DNA of 63,564 nt, counting the filler, from Octopus bimaculoides (lineage: Eukaryota), in the NCBI RefSeq assembly GCF_001194135.2. It is 8 parts of 8 records of this genome, joined end to end, with 100 filler letters (N's around TTAATTAATTAA, not from the genome) between each part and the next. Parts side by side here need not be neighbours in the genome. Positions count along the whole stretch, not along the records: positions 52,851 to 56,892 come from NC_068992.1; positions 56,993 to 59,380 come from NC_069000.1; positions 59,481 to 62,144 come from NC_068997.1; positions 62,245 to 63,564 come from NW_026326143.1; 4 more parts are not named here. One strand, 5' to 3'. A program made the translations under genes and the position numbers. Shown here piece by piece: positions 53,690-63,564 of this stretch. The notes beneath the pieces are model-generated. The model was not told the DNA's origin, made no database searches, and worked only from the letters and a program-made list of their open reading frames with translations. Position 1 is the first letter of the stretch; each line of letters starts with the position of its first letter.

Positions 53690-53830
53690 CATGAAAGCGA
53701 ATGACGAAGAGGAAGTTGACGATTGTACTCGATATATTTTCCTGGTGATGTTTGTGGCGTTGACGACGATGGTAATGATGATGACGGAGACGTTGGTGAT
53801 GAAGACGGCGATGATGATGATGATGGTGAT

Positions 53831-53872
<42 letters not shown>

Positions 53873-54058
53873 CGACGACGATCATGATGACGATTACGAC
53901 GATCACGATGGTGGTGATGACGATGATAATGATGTTGACAATGATCATGATGATTATGATGAATACGACGACGATGACGACGACGACGACGATGATGATG
54001 ACGATGACTATGAGGATGATGATGACAACGGTGATAATGACGATGATGATGATGATGT

Positions 54059-54093
<35 letters not shown>

Positions 54094-54109
54094 TTGACGA
54101 CGACGATTA

Positions 54110-54140
<31 letters not shown>

Positions 54141-54172
54141 GATGATGGTGATGATGATGATGATGACGATGA

Positions 54173-54203
<31 letters not shown>

Positions 54204-54299
54204 GATGATGGTGATGATGATGATGATGACGATGATGACGATGATGATGATGGTGGTGATGATGATGATGATGACGATAATGACGATGATGATGATGAC

Positions 54300-54331
<32 letters not shown>

Positions 54332-54358
54332 CGATGATGATGACGATGATGATGATGG

Positions 54359-54394
<36 letters not shown>

Positions 54395-54469
54395 CGACGA
54401 CGACGATGATGATGGTGATGATGACGATGATGATGATGATGATGATGATGACGACGATGATGATGATGG

Positions 54470-54520
<51 letters not shown>

Positions 54521-54530
54521 CGACGGTCAT
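53690..54530. repeat. Long degenerate (GAT/GAC)n trinucleotide array
   Basis: Directly visible. Produces poly-D, poly-M and poly-I ORFs in several frames. Confidence 0.93.
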
Positions 54531-56892
54531 CCTCACCATTTCAACGACGCCACTGCTGCTATGAAAATCATGTTCGTAGATTACGACGAGAAAGTTGTTT
54601 AGTTTAACGAGAGACGCGTATGTGATGATAGTGCAACACTAATGATTGGGAAGCTGACGACGACGACAATGGAGATGCTGTCGGCATGACTACGAATGCA
54701 ACGATAATAATGATAATGTGACTAAAGATGATTAATTATAATGAACAGGAATTTGATGAAGTTCCGGTCACCTTTCTTGACCAACAAACTTGCAGCTTTT
54801 CTCGATTATAGACTGCTTTAATAAATAGACGTACAATACACAACACTAATAAAAATATTCTGAAAATGTAACGCATACTCTATCTGAGATTATACAGAAA
54901 CATATTTAAAGGAACAAAAACATACTCCTATATAGAAAAGCATACAAACACCAGCATATATACATACACAGTTTAACAAAGATGCATGCACTACTATGAA
55001 ATGAATGAAAATGAATGTAGCCAGGCGAGATATATATGATATAAACATGATAGGAGGCGACTATTACGAAAAGTCAATATACATAGGAAAATAAAAAAAT
55101 ACCATCATCGTAAAGGAATTATTATTAAGTTATTCCTATATGTATGTATGTACATGTATATTAGTATATGCATATATATATGTGTGTATGTGTGGGTGTG
55201 TATTTGTGTATGGAAAGATATATATATATATATATANNNNNNNNNNNNNNNNNNNNNNNNNNNNNNNNNNNNNNNNNNNNNNNNNNNNNNNNNNNNNNNN
55301 NNNNNNNNNNNNNNNNNNNNNNNNNNNNNNNNNNNNNNNNNNNNNNNNNNNNNNNNNNNNNNNNNNNNNNNNNNNNNNNNNNNNNNNNNNNNNNNNNNNN
55401 NNNNNNNNNNNNNNNNNNNNNNNNNNNNNNNNNNNNNNNNNNNNNNNNNNNNNNNNNNNNNNNNNNNNNNNNNNNNNNNNNNNNNNNNNNNNNNNNNNNN
55501 NNNNNNNNNNNNNNNNNNNNNNNNNNNNNNNNNNNNNNNNNNNNNNNNNNNNNNNNNNNNNNNNNNNNNNNNNNNNNNNNNNNNNNNNNNNNNNNNNNNN
55601 NNNNNNNNNNNNNNNNNNNNNNNNNNNNNNNNNNNNNNNNNNNNNNNNNNNNNNNNNNNNNNNNNNNNNNNNNNNNNNNNNNNNNNNNNNNNNNNNNNNN
55701 NNNNNNNNNNNNNNNNNNNNNNNNNNNNNNNNNNNNNNNNNNNNNNNNNNNNNNNNNNNNNNNNNNNNNNNNNNNNNNNNNNNNNNNNNNNNNNNNNNNN
55801 NNNNNNNNNNNNNNNNNNNNNNNNNNNNNNNNNNNNNNNNNNNNNNNNNNNNNNNNNNNNNNNNNNNNNNNNNNNNNNNNNNNNNNNNNNNNNNNNNNNN
55901 NNNNNNNNNNNNNNNNNNNNNNNNNNNNNNNNNNNNNNNNNNNNNNNNNNNNNNNNNNNNNNNNNNNNNNNNNNNNNNNNNNNNNNNNNNNNNNNNNNNN
56001 NNNNNNNNAGCTTGATTGTTACAGTTAGACAGAACCTCCTATGTGGACAATTCTCATTCAGAGTTGACATTGTATTAACCGTGGGCAACATTCTTTCCTT
56101 GGTAAGTGTATTCATGCATCACATTTAAGACGCTTCCAGCGACGCATTGTTTCCGACATTCGTATTTTAACACCAACTACGTTATTATTAGATGCTTGTA
56201 TATACGTCAGTTTTATAACCTTTACAGTTCTTACTTTTGCAAAAATACTTGCTTATGATTCATGTTGTCTTGAATCAGATACTTTTTGTCCTGCATGTGT
56301 GAACGAGTTGTTAGTAGCCTTCTTGCTTGTGTGTATGTAAGTTTGTACAGTTTTCCTTTGCTTTGGTTTAATATTATTGTCCGCTATTTCATATGTCACT
56401 GTGGCTTTAGTGTTGTTTATATAGATATATACAATATTCGCCCAGGTAGTTTACAACCAGTAAATTTATCAGCAATCCATTAAAAAACATAAACATGCCG
56501 GAGGAGTTATCCTGAAGGAACATGCGACAAAGCTACTGGTTGTGAATGGAAAATGATTAACAACCTTCTCATTAGAAGACATATAGGTAAAGGATGCGAG
56601 GGACAGTTATAAAGAAGATAGATTTCACATGCTATGAAAATGTGATAGCTGGATAGAATAAAATATACAGAGATGGCTATCAAAATAGATACAAAGTTAT
56701 ATAGATTTCAAACGATCGAAATATCACTATATAGAATAAAGAAGAGATAAAATACAAATATGCAAATAGTTTAAGATAATGTTAGACATATGTAATAAAA
56801 TATTAATAATTGCAACGATCATAATGAAAATAACATGAATTTACCTGTCCTGATTTTCCGGTTATATATATGGTTATTATACACCAGTGATT

Positions 56893-56992
56893 NNNNNNNN
56901 NNNNNNNNNNNNNNNNNNNNNNNNNNNNNNNNNNNNTTAATTAATTAANNNNNNNNNNNNNNNNNNNNNNNNNNNNNNNNNNNNNNNNNNNN
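56893..56992. other. Artificial scaffold spacer
   Basis: Linker at 56937-56948. Confidence 0.95.
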
Positions 56993-57472
56993 ACCACCTA
57001 ATGCAACAATCAATGCTCAAGTCTACTGTCAGCAATTAGAGCGTTTGAACCAAGCTTCGAAGAAAAAAAGACCCACTTTAGTGAATCGAAAAGGAGTGAT
57101 GTTTCATCAGGACAATGCGTAACCCCACACTGCAAAGATCACATCACAGAAGATCGAAGAGCTTGGCTGAGAAAAAATTCCTCATCCACCGACCTCGCTC
57201 CTTCAGACTACTATTTGTTTTGTAGTTTACAGAATCATTTGGGGGACATAATTTTCGCAAGCCAGGAGGAGGTTGAAACTGATATTTCAGAGTTCTTCGC
57301 TTTGAAACCAAAAGAGTTTTACATTGATGGGAGTAAAAAGCTTGTAAATAGATGGAAGAACGTTATAGATAATCAGGGAAAGTACATTGAGGATTAAATT
57401 TCAATTAAATATAACATTTGATCACTTGTTTTCTTTATTCAGAATTCGGACAGAACTTATGGGATGACCTGA
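56993..57472 (+). mobile_element. 3' half of a decayed mariner transposon (different subfamily)
   Basis: Encodes TINAQVYCQQLERL...GVMFHQDNA*PH...PHP-PDLAPSDYYLF...NRWKNVIDNQGKYIED*. Ends in a TIR-like cggacagaacttatgggatgacctga|TA. Truncated on the left by a spacer. Confidence 0.88.
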
Positions 57473-58548
57473 TAGATTAATTATAAATAAAATTTGCAGA
57501 AAACTTTTAAATTAGGGAAGGCAATGAAAATAATTTATCAAACAATAGATCTCATTAAGTAATACATGTTATCATGTTTCCAAATTTGCCCTAAAACAAT
57601 TCTTGAATCATAATGCATACTCAAAACATGCAAATCTAACAACCAAAAGATTAAGACGTCATGACCATGCACATCATCCAGGATAAATCATCTGGTGTTA
57701 TTGATTCAGCGTACATCACCAGATGGTTTATTGCAGACATTGAGAATACAAACGGTATAAACTCTCTAGAGGGATGTGATACGCCCATATAATTTCAGAG
57801 AGTCTTGAAATACTCGACTGAAATTTAAAAAAAATAATACATTTTCTTACCTTAATATTTCTCTAAACTTATTATCGTTCATCATAGCTTTATTTTCGTT
57901 CAACACCTTCGAATCATATTCTCCATTTCCTATTATCGTTTTTATAATTTTCTATTGTATATGAGTCTATTCGACATGTCCTTTGGGGGTGGGAGTAAGT
58001 GGGTGGATTTTTCTCCATAACTTTGATTTGTTCCTTTATTTATGAGTTTCGCCTGAAAACCTGCAATATAAAATATAAGTTATATCATATATATGTGTGT
58101 GTGTATGTATATATATANNNNNNNNNNNNNNNNNNNNNNNNNNNNNNNNNNNNNNNNNNNNNNNNNNNNNNNNNNNNNNNNNNNNNNNNNNNNNNNNNNN
58201 NNNNNNNNNNNNNNNNNNNNNNNNNNNNNNNNNNNNNNNNNNNNNNNNNNNNNNNNNNNNNNNNNNNNNNNNNNNNNNNNNNNNNNNNNNNNNNNNNNNN
58301 NNNNNNNNNNNNNNNNNNNNNNNNNATATATATATATATATAGGATAAATTCTTTATAAGAATTTATCAAGTAGTCAGCGTGAAAAACCTCATAAGGAAA
58401 AAACCCATCGTTTTTTTCCATAAATATATCTAATTTATATAAGGGCATTACTATATAGTAATGTCTGACGCTTAGAGGGACTTAATAAGTCAAAACTACC
58501 AAAAATAAGCACAGAGGCATTACTATATAGTAATGCCCTTATATAAAT

Positions 58549-58582
<34 letters not shown>

Positions 58583-59035
58583 GTACCTGGATAAACAATC
58601 AGGCAAGACTTAAAATTCCAGTCAATATTTACAATAAATTTTACTCTGCATTCAGTATTGAATCCCTTACCAATACATGTTCTATTGTTAGCCACCAGGC
58701 AACAAATCAATAGAATTTTTTTTGTTGTTGTTGTGAAATCTGTCTGTTACATAAATTCCGGTTTGATTTACACCTTTCCCTCGGTATGTATGTACACAGA
58801 CATATGTATTTTTCAGCAAGTTCGTGGAAGTCATTAAGCTACCAATTTCGAAAATAGAAAAAACAATTCATCTTTTTATATATGTAAGTATATTACATAA
58901 TGGAAAGAAATTTATGAATATCCGTTCTTTAAATTTCTCTTAAGAAAACTTACGAATAAATTTTTGCTTTTCTCTGTTGAATGTTTTCGTAAGTTATACT
59001 CTCTCTCTATCTCTTCCTCCTTCTCTCTCACCATC

Positions 59036-59248
59036 CATCCATCTATCTATCTATTTATCTATCTATCTATTTATCTATCTATCTATTTATCTATCTATCT
59101 ATTTATCTATCTATCTATTTATCTATCTATCTATTTATCTATCTATCTATTTATTTATCTATATCTATTTATCTATCTATCTATTTATCTATCTATCTAT
59201 TTATCTGTTTATCTATCTATCTATTTATCTATTTATCTATCTATTTAT
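59036..59248. repeat. (TATC/TATT)n array
   Basis: Directly visible. Related (GATA)n/(TATC)n arrays lie at 28297-28332, 49890-49948 and 60780-60870. Confidence 0.92.
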
Positions 59249-59380
59249 ACCATCACCAAACTGGAGCGCATCCTCTTCCGCTTCTTGTGGAAAGGAAGCG
59301 TTCCGATGGTTAGGCGATCCGTTTGCTGCCAACACCCGTTAAAAGGAGGACTGGGAATGCCGTGGTTGATGATGCGCAGA
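59249..59380 (+). mobile_element. 5'-truncated Tx1/L1-clade LINE ORF2 fragment fused to a (TATC)n array
   Basis: Encodes TITKLERILFRFLWKGSVPMVRRSVCCQHPLKGGLGMPWLMMRR (the F.W.G ... GGLG motif of L1/Tx1 ORF2). Runs into a spacer. Confidence 0.75.
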
Positions 59381-59480
59381 NNNNNNNNNNNNNNNNNNNN
59401 NNNNNNNNNNNNNNNNNNNNNNNNTTAATTAATTAANNNNNNNNNNNNNNNNNNNNNNNNNNNNNNNNNNNNNNNNNNNN
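59381..59480. other. Artificial scaffold spacer
   Basis: Linker at 59425-59436. Confidence 0.95.
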
Positions 59481-59516
<36 letters not shown>

Positions 59517-59781
59517 ACATGTGAAAGCAACGATCTAATTTCTTGATGGACATCTGAGCTGGACATTTGACCGTTATGAGATCAATTCCTCCTGGTGCTG
59601 TCTTTGAATAAGACCGCAAGAAAAACAGTGGAAGCTCATAAAATTCTTAGGTTTATGGTACTTTAACTGCTGTGTGGTGAAAGAGTGTGCGCGGCCTTGT
59701 TTGTGTCCTTGTAATGGTTTCGTGTATTTGTGTATATGCTTGTTTTTGCATGTGGTCGGACGTTTGAATGCCTGATTGCGC

Positions 59782-59816
<35 letters not shown>

Positions 59817-59864
59817 TNNNNNNNNNNTTTGCATGTGGTCGGACGTTTGAATGCCTGATTGCGC

Positions 59865-59919
<55 letters not shown>

Positions 59920-60057
59920 TGTGCGTTTCTAAATGCCCGGATTTGTGAGCGCCTGTCATAGCGTGCACGTGCGTATTTGTTTATATGAAAGTCTGTGATT
60001 GTCTCTGCATGTATATATATATATATGCAGAACTGTGAATGTGTGAATGAGGAACGG

Positions 60058-60097
<40 letters not shown>

Positions 60098-60526
60098 NNN
60101 NNNNNNNNNNNNNNNNNNNNNNNNNNNNNNNNNNNNNNNNNNNNNNAGAGAGAGAGAGAGAGAGAGTACGACGTGCCTGTGTGCATTTGTGTTTGCGTGT
60201 ATATGTATCCCTGTGTGTTTTGGCAGATAGATCAAAGGGGTTTTTCATTTTCCGAATAGTTGGAGATTTTACACTTTCTCATCCTCACTTTCTTTCTCTC
60301 TCCGAGTCTCTCTCTTTCTCTCTCTCTCTTACAGTCTCTGTCTCTCTGTCTATCTGTCGGTCTGCCTCTCTCTCTGTCTCTCTCTTTTTCTCTCCCTACT
60401 CTTTTTCTATTGACTCATCTTTTCACTCTGACTCATCCTCTTGCTTCCTTACCATTTAACCTTTCATATGTGTGTGTATGAATATATATATATCTTTATA
60501 TCTTTATATATGTATATATATCATTA

Positions 60527-60559
<33 letters not shown>

Positions 60560-60701
60560 TCATATATATGTTTATATACACACACATATATATATACATA
60601 TATATGTACACACACTTGCACCTGCATGTGCATGGGAATATATACTTGCGTCTGTTTTTCTCCTCTCTTTTAATCTCTATATATACATACACGCGCACAC
60701 A

Positions 60702-60758
<57 letters not shown>

Positions 60759-60780
60759 GCAAAGACACACACTCACATGA

Positions 60781-60838
<58 letters not shown>

Positions 60839-60839
60839 G

Positions 60840-60871
<32 letters not shown>

Positions 60872-62108
60872 TTCGTTTTATTCGTCATGCACATTGTAAA
60901 CAATAGCGTTGGCGGATATACATTTCTAACGAAGCAGGNNNNNNNNNNNNNNNNNNNNNNNNNNNNNNNNNNNNNNNNNNNNNNNNNNNNNNNNNNNNNN
61001 NNNNNNNNNNNNNNNNNNNNNNNNNNNNNNNNNNNNNNNNNNNNNNNNNNNNNNNNNNNNNNNNNNNNNNNNNNNNNNNNNNNNNNNNNNNNNNNNNNNN
61101 NNNNNNNNNNNNNNNNNNNNNNNNNNNNNNNNNNNNNNNNNNNNNNNNNNNNNNNNNNNNNNNNNNNNNNNNNNNNNNNNNNNNNNNNNNNNNNNNNNNN
61201 NNNNNNNNNNNNNNNNNNNNNNNNNNNNNNNNNNNNNNNNNNNNNNNNNNNNNNNNNNNNNNNNNNNNNNNNNNNNNNNNNNNNNNNNNNNNNNNNNNNN
61301 NNNNNNNNNNNNNNNNNNNNNNNNNNNNNNNNNNNNNNNNCTGTGGATTCTTTGATAATTGTTAACGGATGAGATTGGGTTGTGTTTTATTTATTGAAGT
61401 CCTTATTTTTATTGCTTTGTAAGCGGGGTGGGGGGGGGGTGCTTTAACGGCTTTTCGAGACCTGTGATAAAACGACGCAGTAAAGTTACATTTTTATCAT
61501 TTTGATGTCGACGAGTGCTGGATAAACATGTACAAAGCGAGAGAAAGCGTACCAGAAGATCCACGTTCAGAAGACGAAAGATTGGTTGAGATGTTTAACA
61601 GAGAGCCCGGGGGCGCAGTTAGGTCGGGTGGAACACAGTATGAGATTTCATCGCAGAGGAAAGAAGATGCGTGTGACTCGAATGACATTGCAGTAGTGCC
61701 ACGAATGCAGCCAGTTCTTGGGAGCAAGAGGTTGGTCAATGCAGTAGCAGTCAAAAAGGGAGAGAACAGAGACAGCCCGTCAATGGGCCTATACTGGAGT
61801 ATATTTCTGAGTGACTCCATGCTAATCAATCGCGTGCCCTTTACTTATTAAGCGGTTTAGTATGTCTATGCCTGTAGTAACAGCAGCTGTGGGTGTACTA
61901 CTCCATTGTGTCTATCAACCATGCATTTATAGAGAGTTAGTCGTTACTGGGTAGGGTGAAGTTTTTCGAGTTCTCTGAAGTGGTGGGCAGTGGAATCGAA
62001 CCAGGATTGACATCGTTACGAAGTAAACTTCATATTTACTGTGCCATATACTTGTCTACAGACTACGTATGTATCTAACTTTTTTCTTTTCTTTTCTATT
62101 TACCCACT

Positions 62109-62144
<36 letters not shown>

Positions 62145-62244
62145 NNNNNNNNNNNNNNNNNNNNNNNNNNNNNNNNNNNNNNNNNNNNTTAATTAATTAA
62201 NNNNNNNNNNNNNNNNNNNNNNNNNNNNNNNNNNNNNNNNNNNN
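62145..62244. other. Artificial scaffold spacer
   Basis: Linker at 62189-62200. Confidence 0.95.
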
Positions 62245-62329
62245 CTTTCTATGATGCATTTTATTGTGGCACATATTCTAGAAAGATTGTCATATCATCA
62301 ACAAAATTAAAGGTTCCTCTTTAACTTAT

Positions 62330-62800
62330 TCAAAGAAATATGAGACATGTTGAAACAGGAAAGGATAGTAAACAGTTTAGACAGAAGCTTGCTAAGAACC
62401 CATATAAGGCTACTCAGAAACATTTTGCAGGTACTAAAAGTGGAAAGCTAAAATGCAATAAAGACGGAAAGAGATGGGTACACACAGGAGTCCGACACTG
62501 ACACAAAGTGAAATCAAACATTCCCACTCATGGACAGTTTGAAATTACCAAGGAAACCTGCAATCATATATTTCAGCTTGGTGATTTCAGCAAGTATATA
62601 GCTGAGGGAAGATGACAAGAGAAAAGAGTGTCCCAAGATGTGATGGTGTACCATAGAAAGTGTGATAAATGCAACATTGTTAGATTATGTGTGATGTCTT
62701 AATAGAGAGACAAAGATTAAGAAGTTTAATCTATTTTGTTGTGGACCAAAATATTGAGCTATTACATGGGACCACTGTTGAAATATTTAAAAGGTTGACC
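62330..62800 (+). mobile_element. Highly decayed non-LTR retrotransposon fragment (R2/NeSL-like pre-RT region)
   Basis: Encodes KNPYKATQKHFAGTKSGKL... and TREKSVPRCDGVP*KV, resembling NP.KF.K.LF...SG.L and KSAPG.DGVPYKVYK. Many stops. Confidence 0.45.
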
Positions 62801-62904
62801 AAAATCATAGTGGTCAGTAGTTGACCATTGATGATAAGAATGCCTCAAGAATAAAGATAAAGAAATTTACTATAAATTATAAAATTTGGAAATATTTATT
62901 CCAG

Positions 62905-62976
62905 GGAGTTCAGAGCTGAAGGAGAAGGATCTTCTGAGAGTGGCCAAGAGGTTAGGAAGTGATTGGTGGCAAGTGG
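62905..62976 (+). CDS. 72-bp exon encoding death-domain helices 1-2 (PIDD1-like)
   Basis: Acceptor atttattccAG at 62903-62904, donor GTGAGT at 62977, phase 1-1. Encodes SSELKEKDLLRVAKRLGSDWWQV(G). The LLxVAxRLGxDWxxV pattern is typical of death-domain N-termini. Too short to appear in the ORF track. Confidence 0.7.
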
Positions 62977-63564
62977 GTGAGTATAAAGTTACACTATCTA
63001 ATTGATTTCTAAAACGTTTACATTCTCCTGAGCTATTTCGTTTGTCAGGATGAATGAGAACAGGTTACATTCCTAATTTCCAGTGGAAAGGTTCACTGTA
63101 AAATAATTCCATTAAAAATATTACTGTTATTTCATGAAGTATCCACTGAGGTTGGTAATAATGGATACACAAGAAAATACAAGTAGCATTTAATACTGGA
63201 AGAAAGAAGAAAAATATGTTAAGGGTAAACAACTGAGATAATGACATTTTCTGTTCGTTTTTGTTCCAACAAAAGACCTTGAGTTAGGGTCTTCTTGAAG
63301 CCATTAGGGGTTGGGTTATTGTGTTGGAAAGTGATAATTGCTATTTATATTGCCATATTAGAATGACTTTACCACATGACACATGTGTGTAAATGCTTCA
63401 GTAAAAACAGACTTAATAAGAGTGACACAGCAAAACCATATCGTATTCCCCACATCCAAAAGGAGAGAATTACTGTAAGGAAATTTACTAGAAAATGAAT
63501 ATTCACAAGTGAAACCAGACCAGGGCTGGTCTCTCTCATTGCGATAGACATAAGAATAACTGAA

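Noticed and set aside
53631-54602. 323-aa poly-Asp ORF resembling acidic biomineralisation proteins (aspein-like)
   Set aside because: It is a (GAT)n array. The same repeat is read as poly-Met at the start of the ORF and poly-Asp later, other frames and the minus strand are open too, and there is no signal peptide. Only transcript evidence could rescue it.
56025-56101. Possible 77-bp plus-strand exon (acAG...TTG|GTAAGT, RQNLLCGQFSFRVDIVLTVGNILSL)
   Set aside because: Good donor but a weak acceptor next to a gap, and no recognisable homology. Unsupported without RNA-seq.

Overview
This is eukaryotic, AT-rich, repeat-dense DNA from a gapped draft assembly. The abundant tRNA-derived SINE families and microsatellites point to an octopod cephalopod, probably Octopus (inferred, not proven). 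The window is not one contiguous locus. Seven artificial 100-bp spacers (44 N + TTAATTAATTAA + 44 N) split it into eight pieces: 1-29071, 29172-38124, 38225-50217, 50318-52750, 52851-56892, 56993-59380, 59481-62144 and 62245-63564. Adjacency across a spacer should not be interpreted. Spliced genes recovered by hand are: tankyrase coding exons 1-2 (minus strand, 18.7-kb intron 1); four consecutive phase-1 Kunitz-domain exons of a multi-Kunitz protein (minus); one nicotinic acetylcholine receptor-type M3 exon (minus); and one 72-bp death-domain exon, PIDD-like (plus). The rest is SINEs, decayed mariner/Tc1 elements, hAT and piggyBac MITEs, R4/Dong, Tx1/L1 and R2/NeSL-like LINE fragments, and simple repeats. 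Most long ORFs in the track are microsatellite or N artefacts. The best leads are an intron-containing DD34E Tc1 fossil, an R4/Dong element with twin-priming-like inversion geometry, the multi-Kunitz cassette with one strongly remodelled domain, and inverted SINEs tightly flanking the symmetric tankyrase exon 2. No prokaryotic systems, CRISPR arrays, rRNA or bona fide tRNA genes were found.
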